A stretch of DNA of 28,567 bases from Coleofasciculus chthonoplastes F2-STO-03 (GTDB lineage Bacteria > Cyanobacteriota > Cyanobacteriia > Cyanobacteriales > Coleofasciculaceae): assembly GCA_040222015.1 (NCBI GenBank), contig JAVJWO010000207.1, forward strand, positions 1-28,567, given 5' to 3'. The notes beneath the pieces are model-generated. The model made no database searches, was not told the origin of the DNA, and saw only the letters and a program-made list of their open reading frames with translations. The position numbers and the translations under genes were made by a program. Position 1 is the first letter of the stretch. Every line of letters begins with the position of its first letter. Below, piece after piece: positions 1 through 9,410 of the stretch.

Positions 1-455
1 TCGTAGCGTCCTTGAGAATAGTAGAGTTTTGCTAAATTATTTAGGCTTTTTGCGACATGGGGATGATTGTCTCTCGGCAGACGTTTGTACAGTGTTAAGG
101 CTTCTAGATAAAGAGATTCAGCTTCCTCGTAGCGTCCTTGATCATTGTAGAGTAATGCTAAATTATTCAGGCTAGTAGCAACATCAGGATGATTGTCTCT
201 CAGCAGGCGTTTTGTCAGTGCTAAAGCTTTTATTAACAGAGGTTCTGCTTTATCGTAACGTCCTTGATCATTGTAGAGTAATGCTAAATTATTCAGGCTA
301 GTAGCAACATCGGGATGATTGTCTCCCAGCAGGCGTTTTTCCAGTGCTAAAGCCTCTAGATAAACAGGTTCAGCTTCCTCGTAACGTCCTTGATAATGGT
401 AGAGTAATGCTAAATTATTCAGGCTTTGTGCAACAGAGGGATGACTTTCTCCCAA
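1..455 (-). repeat. Coding tandem repeat with a 126-bp period (42-aa TPR units), about 3.5 units visible
   Basis: GTAGAGTAATGCTAAATTATTCAGGCT recurs at ~147, ~273 and ~399, with a diverged copy at ~21. Confidence 0.9.
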
Positions 456-2012
456 ACGCTGGACAGTGACAGATAGACAATCCTTACGCCAAGGTTCAGA
501 TTGATTATAGAGTCCTTGACCTTCATAAAAACGACCCAACCCAACAAAAGGCACAATTAAATCATCATCCATCAACCAGTCTTGTTGACTCGTCGCCGCT
601 TCTGCAATATGAGGAATAACCGGATTGACTGCTTTAATCTCTACCAACGTCGGCGTCTCTGGAATTCCCTTAGCCTCCCCTACCATCACCTGACAAAAAT
701 CCCGCTTCAACTTATCCGCTATCCCTAACGCTTCCCACTTACTAATCAAAAATTCCCGAATCAGGGGATGTAATTGATACAACTCCTTCCCTTGACGCTG
801 CACTAAATGCAGATTCACCAACCCATAATCCCTAATTTCCTCCAACTCCTCCTCATCCATTTCCGCCAAACACCCCTCCACCAACCGCCAGGGAATTGGC
901 ATAGCCGCAAACAAACTTAACCCTATCCCCAACTCCTGCGCTGACTCATCTAATTCTTGCCAACTCAACTCAAACGCATCTCTTACCCCCAATTGCGCCG
1001 TCATATCATCTTCTGACTTCGGCTTTTTCAGCGCTAACTGTTCCAGCCGTTTCGCCTGCAACCGAGATAACATTTCCTGTAACGATAAATCCGGTTTTCG
1101 CCGCAAATATCGCCCCACCAACTCCAAACCCAAAGGCAAATAGCCCAACCAGCGACAGAGTTTTCGCCCTTCCCAGGGTTCCTGTTGCAGCCGTTCTCGC
1201 CCAATCAGCGATTCTAACAACGCCAATGCTGCTCTCGGTTTCAGCACATCCAGGGGTAACTGGCGAATCGACGCCCCCAAATCTAACCGCGTCGTAATCA
1301 GCACCTTAAACCGAGAAGCATCCGAGGGCAAATACTGCCGCACTTGCTGATAATCCGTGACATCATCAATAATAATCAGCACCTGTCCCGGCGGTACCCA
1401 ATTTCGCCAGCAGTACGCCACCTGAAGCGGTAACTCTAACCCCTCTGGAATCGATAACGGTAAATAAGTTCTGGCAAATTGGACAATCTGAACCCCTAAA
1501 TCCACACCTCGCCCATCCAACCAGCACACCCCACCCTCATACACCGATTCCGGCGGAACATTTTCCCGATGGGAATAGCGCCTAGCATATTGCAGCGCCA
1601 ACTCCGTTTTCCCCACACCTCCCATCCCCGCCACAGCAGAAATAGCAACTTGCTGATTATCCTGTAACTGTTGATGTAGCGTAGCCAGGGCGGATTCTCG
1701 TCCGACAAACTGAACCACACCACTGAGGGGAAGATTCTGGGGAATACCTGTGGGTTGAGGCTGACGCTCTGATACTATCTCTTGTAAGATTGCCTTAATC
1801 GTCTCGGCATCAGCACCGTAATAGGTAGGATTAATTTGAATATCCCCAGCTTGACCAATGTGACCGATATTAATATTGTGATCCCCTTCTTGCGCCACAA
1901 TCTGGTCACCGCGAACAATCACCGCATCCCGCAGCGCGATAATATCGGCTTCAGTGTAGGAATGGGTAGCGACTCGATTAAGAATAGCCTGTAATTGCTC
2001 AATCTTGGTCAT
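1..2012 (-). CDS. NB-ARC/STAND NTPase with C-terminal 42-aa TPR repeats and a probable N-terminal effector-associated (EAD10-like) domain; 3' end lies beyond the left edge
   Basis: Manual translation from ATG at 2012 is open to position 1: MTKIEQLQAILNRVATHSYTEADIIALRDA..., FVGRE, Walker A GMGGVGKT (~1605-1628), Walker B LIIIDD, VLITTR, GYLPLGLEL, LHPLI, then repeats of HPDVATSLNNLALLYxxQGRYEEAEPL. Absent from the ORF track because there is no stop codon in the window. Confidence 0.92.
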   Translation of the reverse strand, partial: MTKIEQLQAILNRVATHSYTEADIIALRDAVIVRGDQIVAQEGDHNINIGHIGQAGDIQINPTYYGADAETIKAILQEIVSERQPQPTGIPQNLPLSGVVQFVGRESALATLHQQLQDNQQVAISAVAGMGGVGKTELALQYARRYSHRENVPPESVYEGGVCWLDGRGVDLGVQIVQFARTYLPLSIPEGLELPLQVAYCWRNWVPPGQVLIIIDDVTDYQQVRQYLPSDASRFKVLITTRLDLGASIRQLPLDVLKPRAALALLESLIGRERLQQEPWEGRKLCRWLGYLPLGLELVGRYLRRKPDLSLQEMLSRLQAKRLEQLALKKPKSEDDMTAQLGVRDAFELSWQELDESAQELGIGLSLFAAMPIPWRLVEGCLAEMDEEELEEIRDYGLVNLHLVQRQGKELYQLHPLIREFLISKWEALGIADKLKRDFCQVMVGEAKGIPETPTLVEIKAVNPVIPHIAEAATSQQDWLMDDDLIVPFVGLGRFYEGQGLYNQSEPWRKDCLSVTVQRLGESHPSVAQSLNNLALLYHYQGRYEEAEPVYLEALALEKRLLGDNHPDVATSLNNLALLYNDQGRYDKAEPLLIKALALTKRLLRDNHPDVATSLNNLALLYNDQGRYEEAESLYLEALTLYKRLPRDNHPHVAKSLNNLAKLYYSQGRY

Positions 2013-2019
2013 AGTTTGT

Positions 2020-2211
2020 AGAACCCGTAGGGTGCGTTAACGAAGTAACGCACCGAACCAATTACGAGAACCCGTAGGGTGCGTTAACAAAATAACGCAC
2101 CGAACCAATTACCAGAACCCGTGGGGTGCGTTAACAAAATAACGCACCGAACCAATTACGAGAAATCCTAGTAAAAACGGTGCGTTACGCTGTCGCTAAC
2201 GCACCCTACAA
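2020..2211 (+). repeat. Left REP (BIME-like) array: three 47-bp units each with a GTAG-type REP, then one inverted REP
   Basis: Units at 2020, 2067 and 2114 (AGAACCCGTAGGGTGCGTTAAC..AA.TAACGCACCGAACCAATTAC.). Inverted REP GGTGCGTTACGCTGTCGCTAACGCACCCTAC at 2179-2209. Confidence 0.92.
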
Positions 2212-2282
2212 GTAACACATCGAACCAATTATCTGATCTCATCGGTGGTATTTTAAAATAAACAACTCACCCCAGAATACCT

Positions 2283-2834
2283 ATGCCTAACTACCGCCGA
2301 ACTAAACATCCTGGTGGTACTTATTTTCTCACCCAAGTCACACATCATCGTCAACCTTGGCTAATCAGCGATATCGCACGACTTGCACTCCGCACGGCAA
2401 TCACCCATGTTCGTCAAAACTATCCCTTCACCATCAACGCCTTTGTACTTTTACCCAATCATTTCCATTGTTTATGGACATTGCCAGAAGGAGATAGCGA
2501 TTTATCAACTCGACTGCGATTAATTAAAACCTTTGTTACGAAACGCTACGGCAATCAATTGGAAATTTATGCCGATATTTCTTCCTCTCGACAAAAACGA
2601 CAAGAACGCAATCTATGGCAAAGACGATTTTGGGAACATTTGATTCGGGATGATAGAGATTTTGCTAATCATTGCGATTATATCCATTACAATCCGGTGC
2701 GACATCAATTATGCCAGAGTCCGCAGGAGTGGCAATTTTCAACGATTCATCGATTTATCACTCAAGGTGTTTATCCGCCAAATTGGGGGATGAGTGAAAT
2801 TCCAGAGATGTTTAACAGTATTTGGGATATATAG
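2283..2834 (+). CDS. rayT: REP-associated tyrosine transposase (RAYT/TnpA-REP, Y1 HUH family)
   Basis: MPNYRR...GGTYFLT N-terminus, HUH motif LPNHFHCLWTLP, WQRRFWEHLIRD, and DYIHYNPV containing the catalytic Tyr region. Flanked on both sides by GTAG REPs. Confidence 0.93.
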   Translation: MPNYRRTKHPGGTYFLTQVTHHRQPWLISDIARLALRTAITHVRQNYPFTINAFVLLPNHFHCLWTLPEGDSDLSTRLRLIKTFVTKRYGNQLEIYADISSSRQKRQERNLWQRRFWEHLIRDDRDFANHCDYIHYNPVRHQLCQSPQEWQFSTIHRFITQGVYPPNWGMSEIPEMFNSIWDI

Positions 2835-2840
2835 TTAGTC

Positions 2841-3096
2841 GTAGGGTACGTTAACGAAGTAACGCACCGAACCAACCATCAGAACTCGTCAGGTACGTTA
2901 ACGAAGTAACGCACCAAACCAATTATCAGAACTCGTCAGGTACGTTAACGAAGTAACGCACCAAACCAATTATCAGAACCCGTAGGGTACAGGTGCGTTA
3001 CGCTATCGCTAACGCACCCTACAAACCCTACAAATAGTACAGGTGCGTTACGCTGCTAAAAACGGTGCGTTACGCTGTCGCTAACGCACCCTACAA
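2841..3096 (+). repeat. Right REP array: three 47-bp units plus a partial unit, then inverted REPs
   Basis: Units at 2841, 2888, 2935 and a partial one at 2982. Inverted REPs at 2992-3022 and 3064-3094, partial at ~3042. The 40-nt stretch 3057-3096 is identical to 2172-2211. Confidence 0.92.
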
Positions 3097-3134
3097 TTAA
3101 GGTAGATTTAAGGTAGAATTAAGGTAGAATTAAG
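3095..3134. repeat. Short 11-bp tandem repeat (AATTAAGGTAG) x ~3.5 overlapping the metH stop codon
   Basis: AATTAAGGTAG ATTTAAGGTAG AATTAAGGTAG AATTAAG read directly. Confidence 0.8.
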
Positions 3135-6100
3135 CGCTGAAATATTTGGCTACGGGATGATAGGTAACGATCGCGGTTGTCGATTGTTCTGGATACAGTT
3201 GTTCACTTTCATCCATGTACAGGTTGATGCGATCGCACCCGAGTAACTCCAGTTGCTTGTACTGATCCTGGATATTCGGACAAGCGGGATAGCCGAAGCT
3301 GTAGCGCGAACCCTGATACCGTTGCGCTAAGACATCCCGAATCGTATCCGGTTCCTCACTCGCCAAGCCTAACTCCCGGCGAATTCGGGCGTGTATCCAT
3401 TCAGCTAAGGCTTCTGCCATTTGTACCGCTAAACCGTGATAGTAGAGATAATCGGTATATTGATCCGATTCAAATAGCTGTTTGGCGTATCGGGTAGCTA
3501 CTTCCCCTACCGTTACCGCCTGCATCGGGAAAACATCGATAATTCCCGAATCTTTAGGCGCGAAGAAATCAGCAATACATAGACGCCGCCCCGATTTTTG
3601 GCGCGGGAATTTAAATGTGGCAATCGGTTCCCATTTCTCTGGATGTTTCTCACCCTCTTGATTCATCATCTCCGGATCAAACAGATGTAGAGAATTTCCT
3701 TCAGATTGACAGGGGAAATAGCCATAAATAATTTGCGGATGCAACAAGTTCTCCGCCACAACCCGCTGTTTCCAGTCGTCAAGAATCGGATACACCGTCT
3801 CTTCTAAAAACTGATTATACTCCTCACGGGATTGGTCTTTCGGTTTGCGGAACTGCCATTGTCCGGCAATTAGCGCCTGTAAGTCTAGATACCACAATGC
3901 CTCATCGATGGGAATATCTCCCGGTTCCAGAATCCGACTTCCCCAGAAGGGCGGCGTTGGGCGATTAATTTCTACGGTGATGTGTTCAGAACGGCGGGTA
4001 TTTTCTACCTCTGGAACCGATTGTTTCGCCGATGACTTCTTAGTTTTCTTCTGTTTATCGGATTTGCCGTTTTCTGATGGTTCATCGGTTCCATCGGGAA
4101 TTTCATCCGTTGTCACTTCATCTAAGAAGCCTTTTAAATCATCCCACTCTTCGGCGGCTTTAGCGGGCATGAGTTTATCCATAAAGTGTAAGTCGGAAAA
4201 CGCATCTTTGCCATACACGACTTTCCCTTTATAAGCAGACTGACAATCCTGATAAACAAACTTTGGCGTCAACGCCGCACCGCCTAAAATGACGGGAACG
4301 GTGATTCCCTGTTCATTAAACGTCTCCAGGTTATCTTTCATAAATGCCGTGGATTTGACCAAGAGTCCACTCATGGCAATACAATCTGCATTATGTTCTT
4401 TATACGCATCAATGATGTTGTCTACAGGCTGCTTGATTCCCAGATTCACCACTTTATAGCCATTATTGGTGAGGATGATATCCACCAAATTTTTACCAAT
4501 ATCGTGAACATCCCCTTTCACTGTAGCAATCACCATGATTCCCTTGGCATTATTTTCCCCGTCTTCTTTTTCCATATACGGTTCTAAATATGCCACCGCC
4601 GCTTTCATGGTTTCGGCGGATTGCAAGACAAAGGGGAGTTGCATTTGTCCGGAACCGAAGAGTTCGCCGACGACTTTCATCCCATCTAAAAGGAAGGTGT
4701 TGATAATCTCTAACGGTTGATAGGTTTCTAAGGCTTTCGCCAGACTATTATCCAAGCCAATCCGTTCTCCGTCGATGATGTGGCGCTTGAGGCGTTCTTC
4801 AATTGGCAGATTTTCATCCACTGTGCGATCGCGCTTTGTGGTTTTGCCTTCAAAGAGTTGGGTAATCTCCCCTAACGGGTCATAAATGCAAATATCTCCA
4901 TCAAATTCCCGTTGATCATAAATCAGTTTCCGGCAAATCTCTTGATGATCAGGTTCAATTTTGGCTACGGGTAAAATCTTACTGGCGCTAACAATCGCCC
5001 CATCTAATCCCACCGCCATGGCTTCATGGAGAAACATGGAGTTTAATACCACCCTCGCGGCGGGATTGAGTCCGAATGAGATATTAGAAACCCCAAGAAG
5101 AATATGACATCCGGGTAATTCTTCCCGCATCCGGCGAATGGATTCAATTGTGGCTTTCCCGTTACTTCTGTCTTCTTCAATCCCGGTGGAAATCGGTAAC
5201 GCCAGGGGGTCAAAAAAGATCTCATGGGCGGGAATCCCATAGTCTATCGCTTGATGATACGCCCGTTGTGCGATCGCGAATTTTCGATCAGCGGTTCGCG
5301 CCATCCCCTCTTCGTCAATCGTACCGACAATCACACCCGCCCCATACATTTTGGCTAAGTCTAAGACTTTCAGGAATCGTTCCTCCCCATCTTCATAGTT
5401 GGTGGAATTGAGGATACATTTCCCTCCGGCGACTTTTAACCCCGCCTCCATCTTTTGCCATTCCGTGGAGTCCAAAACCAGAGGTAAGGTAACATTGGTT
5501 ACCAAACGGGAGACCAATTCATGCATATCATGTTCGCCATCCCGTCCCACATAGTCCACATTCACATCCAGAACATGGGCACCTTCGCGTACCTGCGCCC
5601 TAGCTAAGGCGACTAATCCATCCCAGTCTTCTTCATTTAATAAAGTACGGCATTTTTTCGAGCCACTGGCATTTAAGCGTTCACCGACAATTAGGAAGGA
5701 GTTATCTTGTTCGTAGGGTTGGGTGGAATAAATCGAAGCAGCGGCGGGTTCGTATTCGGGATGACGTTCTTTTGGCGTCAGGGTTTGGGCAATTTCGGCT
5801 AATTGTTGAATATGTTCCGGGCGAGTACCGCAACAGCCGCCAATTACCTGTACTCCCAAGTCTTCAATAAAATGCATTAACGCCATCCGTAGTTCCATCG
5901 GCGTTAACTTATAGTGGGCTTGTCCCCCGACATTTTCCGGTAACCCCGCATTGGGGATACACGACACCACAAACGGCGAATGCTGAGACAAATATTTGAT
6001 ATGATCCTTCATGCGATCGGGTCCCGTGGCGCAATTCAGACCGAGAATATCAATGGGATAGCGTTCCAAAATCGCCAGGGCTGCGCCAATTTCCGTTCCC

Positions 6101-6714
6101 ACCAGCATCGTTCCCTGAACTTCCACGGTTACCGATACCATAATCGGGCGGCGTTCCCCTTTTTTACGAAACACCTCCTCTACCCCATTCAGTGCGGCTT
6201 TAATTTGCAGCACATCCTGACAGGTTTCAATAATAAATAAATCGACACCGCCGTCATAGAGTCCTTCGGCTTGTTCAGCAAAGGTGGCTTGCATTGTGTC
6301 AAAATCAATATGCCCCAATGTGGGGAGTTTGGTGGTGGGTCCGATGGAACCGGCGACAAATCGGGGTTTTTCGGGTGTGGAGAATTCTGCTGCAACCGTT
6401 TTAGCGAGTTCGGCTGCGGCTTTATTCAGACTATAGGCTTGATCCGCTAAATCATATTCTGCCAGAACAATTGACGCCCCCCCAAAGGTATCCGTCTCAA
6501 TAACATCCGCCCCGGCTTCCAGGAAACGACGATGCACCGTCGCCACGGCTTCGGGTTTAGTGTGAACCAGATACTCATTACATCCTTCATATTTCGCCCC
6601 ACCAAAGTCGGCGGCGGTAAGGTTTTGGGTTTGCAGGTTGGTACCCATGGCACCATCAAAGACAATAACCGGGCGTTGGGGACTATGAAGGCGAGTTAGG
6701 AAGGCACTGTTCAT
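3130..6714 (-). CDS. metH: B12-dependent methionine synthase
   Basis: DGAMGT, GLNC and GGCCGT in the homocysteine domain; GERLN and ISNISFG-like (VSNISFG) pterin-binding motifs; B12 motif DVHDIG with SGL and GGA; C-terminal [10 protein letters not shown]. Start placed at ATG 6714 (MNSAFL) rather than the track's 6774. Confidence 0.97.
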   Translation of the reverse strand: MNSAFLTRLHSPQRPVIVFDGAMGTNLQTQNLTAADFGGAKYEGCNEYLVHTKPEAVATVHRRFLEAGADVIETDTFGGASIVLAEYDLADQAYSLNKAAAELAKTVAAEFSTPEKPRFVAGSIGPTTKLPTLGHIDFDTMQATFAEQAEGLYDGGVDLFIIETCQDVLQIKAALNGVEEVFRKKGERRPIMVSVTVEVQGTMLVGTEIGAALAILERYPIDILGLNCATGPDRMKDHIKYLSQHSPFVVSCIPNAGLPENVGGQAHYKLTPMELRMALMHFIEDLGVQVIGGCCGTRPEHIQQLAEIAQTLTPKERHPEYEPAAASIYSTQPYEQDNSFLIVGERLNASGSKKCRTLLNEEDWDGLVALARAQVREGAHVLDVNVDYVGRDGEHDMHELVSRLVTNVTLPLVLDSTEWQKMEAGLKVAGGKCILNSTNYEDGEERFLKVLDLAKMYGAGVIVGTIDEEGMARTADRKFAIAQRAYHQAIDYGIPAHEIFFDPLALPISTGIEEDRSNGKATIESIRRMREELPGCHILLGVSNISFGLNPAARVVLNSMFLHEAMAVGLDGAIVSASKILPVAKIEPDHQEICRKLIYDQREFDGDICIYDPLGEITQLFEGKTTKRDRTVDENLPIEERLKRHIIDGERIGLDNSLAKALETYQPLEIINTFLLDGMKVVGELFGSGQMQLPFVLQSAETMKAAVAYLEPYMEKEDGENNAKGIMVIATVKGDVHDIGKNLVDIILTNNGYKVVNLGIKQPVDNIIDAYKEHNADCIAMSGLLVKSTAFMKDNLETFNEQGITVPVILGGAALTPKFVYQDCQSAYKGKVVYGKDAFSDLHFMDKLMPAKAAEEWDDLKGFLDEVTTDEIPDGTDEPSENGKSDKQKKTKKSSAKQSVPEVENTRRSEHITVEINRPTPPFWGSRILEPGDIPIDEALWYLDLQALIAGQWQFRKPKDQSREEYNQFLEETVYPILDDWKQRVVAENLLHPQIIYGYFPCQSEGNSLHLFDPEMMNQEGEKHPEKWEPIATFKFPRQKSGRRLCIADFFAPKDSGIIDVFPMQAVTVGEVATRYAKQLFESDQYTDYLYYHGLAVQMAEALAEWIHARIRRELGLASEEPDTIRDVLAQRYQGSRYSFGYPACPNIQDQYKQLELLGCDRINLYMDESEQLYPEQSTTAIVTYHPVAKYFSA

Positions 6715-6967
6715 AACTGTCTTGGCAATCTGGATATAGATATTAGTGTAGGTGCAATGTATGACTATGCACAACCTGGGGTGAGGGAGTGATGGGGCGC
6801 GATCGCACGATTAGACCCCATCCATACTCTACCTTGCCTCTACGGATTAAAAGCTCGTGAACGGGAATTCCATTGTCAAACCCTTTCAATGTAAGCACTC
6901 AGAAATATCAGTTGATTAATCATCTCTTCGGATGAATTATCGGTAGCTAATTTCAACACTCGTTATT

Positions 6968-7036
6968 GGTGGGTTACGGCGGATATCAAATTAAAGGGTA
7001 ACAATTGAAAGGGTATAACCGCCTAACCCACCCTAC
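6968..7036 (-). repeat. Long-loop GTAG-family REP, copy 1 (69 bp)
   Basis: GGTGGGTTACGGCGGATAT...ATAACCGCCTAACCCACCCTAC with inverted arms and a CTAC foot. Confidence 0.85.
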
Positions 7037-7093
7037 CTGTTTGAAAAAGAGGACGGATGAGGAAGACAAAAGGACAAAAGATAAGTCGCTCAT

Positions 7094-7123
7094 GTAGGGT
7101 GCGTTAGCGAAGCGTAACGCACC
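7094..7123 (+). repeat. GTAG REP of the same class as those flanking the RAYT
   Basis: GTAGGGTGCGTTAGCGAAGCGTAACGCACC. Confidence 0.88.
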
Positions 7124-7230
7124 AAGGGTAAAAAAATATCAGCTTCGCTGTCAGTTATTAACCACATACAGACTCAAAAGGGCATAACCTTTGTCGGGTT
7201 GATATTGGCTACAGTTCTAGCTTTATGATT

Positions 7231-7299
7231 GGTGGGTTACGGCGGATATCAAATTAAAGGGTAACAATTGAAAGGGTATAACCGCCTAACCCACCCTAC
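7231..7299 (-). repeat. Long-loop REP, copy 2 (identical to copy 1; identity extends ~27 nt further to 7326)
   Basis: 6965-7063 and 7228-7326 are identical (offset 263). Confidence 0.88.
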
Positions 7300-7361
7300 C
7301 TGTTTGAAAAAGAGGACGGATGAGGAGGACAAGGAGATGGAGGATAAGGCAGAATGAACAG

Positions 7362-7424
7362 ATGATCATTCGTACAGGTGAAGAGTTTCCAAGACTAACA
7401 AATACCTATCCTGTAGATCAGTGA
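7362..7424 (+). pseudogene. C-terminal fragment of a DUF6883-like gene
   Basis: IIRTGEEFPRLTNTYPVDQ* resembles the recalled WII...FPRLT C-terminus of DUF6883 proteins, which typically precede DUF4926 genes. No 5' part is present. Confidence 0.55.
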
Positions 7425-7434
7425 GGATACAACC

Positions 7435-7530
7435 ATGAATTTTAAGGAATATGATGTTGTTGCCTTAACCGAAGAAATTCAGGCGATCCATAAAGAAACT
7501 CAACAGCCAATCCGACTAATACCTGGTTAA
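7435..7530 (+). pseudogene. N-terminal fragment of a DUF4926-like gene
   Basis: MNFKEYDVVALTEEIQAIHKETQQPIRLIPG* preceded by GAGG. It has the DVVALTE.. signature but stops where the usual GQVGT(I/V)V motif would begin. Confidence 0.62.
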
Positions 7531-7552
7531 TATTTACTCAAGCTTGGTTGTT

Positions 7553-7621
7553 GGTGGGTTACGGCGGATATCAAATTAAAGGGTAACAATTGAGATGGTA
7601 TAACCGCCTAACCCACCCTAC
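7553..7621 (-). repeat. Long-loop REP, copy 3 (2 substitutions in the loop)
   Basis: Matches copies 1 and 2 except GAGATGG versus GAAAGGG. Confidence 0.88.
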
Positions 7622-7673
7622 TTACTGCTTAGAGCTTAAGGAAGAAAGTTGGCATTTAGACATCGGCAAGTTA

Positions 7674-8057
7674 TCACACCGCTGCAAACTCAGCAAATAC
7701 TTTCTCAATCACCTTTTGCGCCTTAATATCCAGAGAATGCCAATCTACTTCACCGTCTTCATCAATTAGGCTAGTATCAATGTCCACCTCCTGGCTTTCT
7801 AGTTCAGAATGAACGGGGGCGTACTCACGAAAACAAACTTGAAAACATAACTCCCACAAGTTAATACAGATTGAATAATCAGGCTTTTCTAAACATACTG
7901 CATGACCCGGTATCGGTGTCTGCACATCCTTGTACGTGGCTTTCCAGGTGGTTGGTTCAAGCTGCTGGCGAATATGATCAACGATACGGATTAACGCGGG
8001 TTGCATTAATAGTCCCGCTTGTTCCCACGCCTGGGTTGTTTTAAATTTGGGTTTCAT
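7674..8057 (-). CDS. Conserved cyanobacterial hypothetical protein
   Basis: MKPKFKTTQAWEQAGLLMQPALIRIVDHIRQQLE...LWELCFQVCF...DTSLIDEDGEVDW resembles a cyanobacterial family of unknown function. Start placed at ATG 8057. Confidence 0.75.
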   Translation of the reverse strand: MKPKFKTTQAWEQAGLLMQPALIRIVDHIRQQLEPTTWKATYKDVQTPIPGHAVCLEKPDYSICINLWELCFQVCFREYAPVHSELESQEVDIDTSLIDEDGEVDWHSLDIKAQKVIEKVFAEFAAV

Positions 8058-8093
8058 TCTGAACGTCAAGAGGGAGGAATTAGGCAAACAACG

Positions 8094-8921
8094 ATGTTAA
8101 GACTACTGAGTGGATTTGGATTCGTGACGGGAGCAACTTACCCGTTGCGCGTGTTGGCAGTTTTCCGGCGCACGCCACGTCTGTGGGGATACATGATTAC
8201 TCCAATTTTGGTCAATGTGTTCATCGGTATTGCTCTGTATGCCGGATTACTGGTGTTTGGGTGGCAACAGGTTGACAGTATTACGCTTAGTTTATCGCAA
8301 TGGTTGAATAATGCGATCGCGAGTCTTCCCCCTTGGCTGAGTTTCCTGGGTGTCTTGGCGACGGGGATCAATTGGTTGCTGGATTTGATCTTGGTAATTG
8401 GTTTACTGCTGATTACGGGATTTTTGCTCGTTCAGTTTGGCGTTTTACTGGGTGCGCCGTGGTATGGTCAACTCTCGGAACAGTTAGAAGAAATCCGCAC
8501 GGGTCAAATTCACACGGTAGAGGTGGGCTTTATCCAGGATATTTGGCGGGCGATTTTATTTGAGTTGAAGAAGCTGGTATTGGGAATCGGCGTCGGCGTC
8601 TTGTTACTAATGTTGAATATTCTGCCAGGGATTGGCACCTTAGCTGCCGCGATTGGCGGGATTATCCTCACCGCCACTATAACTTGTCTTGACTTTCTCG
8701 ACGCACCCTTAGAACGCCGCCGTTTACGATTTCGCTACAAGTTAGGGATTGTGTTTAAAAGTTTACCTGCCAGTGCGGGGTTTAGTTTAGTCTGTATGGT
8801 GTTAATTACGATACCATTGGTGAATCTGGTTACCATTCCTTTATGTGTCGCATCCGGGACGTTGTTTTTTTGCGATCGCGTATTACCTAGATTACCGCAA
8901 TCTTTGACGTTCGATCATTAG
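8094..8921 (+). CDS. EI24/CysZ-like membrane protein
   Basis: Several hydrophobic helices, LGAPWYGQLSEQLE, LDFLDAPLERRRLRF, IPLVNLVTIPLCVASGTL. Start placed at ATG 8094. Confidence 0.85.
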   Translation: MLRLLSGFGFVTGATYPLRVLAVFRRTPRLWGYMITPILVNVFIGIALYAGLLVFGWQQVDSITLSLSQWLNNAIASLPPWLSFLGVLATGINWLLDLILVIGLLLITGFLLVQFGVLLGAPWYGQLSEQLEEIRTGQIHTVEVGFIQDIWRAILFELKKLVLGIGVGVLLLMLNILPGIGTLAAAIGGIILTATITCLDFLDAPLERRRLRFRYKLGIVFKSLPASAGFSLVCMVLITIPLVNLVTIPLCVASGTLFFCDRVLPRLPQSLTFDH

Positions 8922-9027
8922 TCTAAAGCGTAATTATGACTCGGCTGCGTTTACGAGGTTTTATTGCACGGAAGGGGGATAATTCAAAGCCTCTCTCCTT
9001 GCAGGAGAGAGGTTTGGAGAGAGGTTT
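8872..9027 (+). repeat. Direct repeat copy 1 (HIP1 site + EI24 3' end + downstream hairpin)
   Basis: Aligns with 9514-9666; 9 mismatches over the first 119 nt. Confidence 0.92.
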
Positions 9028-9180
9028 ATTGGCTTTTTCGGCTCGTGCGGCTTCAAAAATTTCGATATCTTGAACATCTCGCAGTCCCAAATCCCGCAAT
9101 GCAGACGCTTCTAAACCAAAGATGTCTATCAGCCATTGCGCCAGTGCTGGAGGTAATTGAGCATCAATCCAAATTTTCAT
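8923..9180 (-). pseudogene. DUF5615 PIN-like toxin (VapC45-like), 3'-truncated after ~48 aa
   Basis: MKIWIDAQLPPALAQWL...LRDLGLRDVQDIEIFEAARAE is typical of the family. The expected (I/V)MTKDxDF motif is missing, and the frame runs into the repeat-derived KPLSKPLSCKERG. Confidence 0.78.
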
Positions 9181-9410
9181 GCCGTCAGCCTGGGAAAATC
9201 AGTGCGCCGTGCGGCGAAAAGTAGGCAAGCTTGAATGTCTGCCAGTTCTAAATCCGGGAAGTCTTCTAATATCTCAGTAAAACTAACATTCTCAGCTAAC
9301 ATTTCCAAAATATCAGTGACTCGAATTCGCATACCTCGAATACAGGGACGACCGCCACACTGACCAGAGGTTTGGGTAATACGATTTAATAAACCAGTCG
9401 TTGAATTCAT
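9177..9410 (-). CDS. DUF433 antitoxin (VapB45-like)
   Basis: RITQTSGQCGGRPCIRGMRIRVTDILEMLA...EILEDFPDLELADIQACLLFA; 4-nt ATGA overlap with the downstream PIN gene. Confidence 0.92.
   Translation of the reverse strand: MNSTTGLLNRITQTSGQCGGRPCIRGMRIRVTDILEMLAENVSFTEILEDFPDLELADIQACLLFAARRTDFPRLTA

Noticed and set aside
2283..2834. IS200/IS605 TnpA insertion sequence
   Set aside because: The motifs (WQRRFWEH.IRD, YIHYNPV) and the REP flanks fit a RAYT; there is no tnpB and no IS-type ends.
2020..3096. CRISPR array (regular 47-bp period, palindromic repeats)
   Set aside because: The inter-palindrome segments are near-identical rather than unique spacers, there are no cas genes, and the GTAG feet plus the adjacent RAYT identify the units as REPs.
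1496..6665. Short ORFs overlapping the NB-ARC gene and metH (e.g. 1496-1723, 3845-4234, 5148-5411, 5980-6240)
   Set aside because: Alternate-frame or antisense shadows of long, well-supported genes, with no recognisable motifs.
6715..6774. 20-aa N-terminal extension of MetH given by the ORF track
   Set aside because: It depends on a TTG start and does not look like MetH; ATG 6714 is more plausible. The track starts at 8019, 8087, 9677, 9930 and 22296 were shortened for similar reasons.
6715..6960. Cobalamin or SAM riboswitch upstream of metH
   Set aside because: Only a simple hairpin (GATGGGG...CCCCATC, ~6791-6822) is visible and I could not find B12-box or SAM consensus elements. An Rfam/Infernal scan would settle it.
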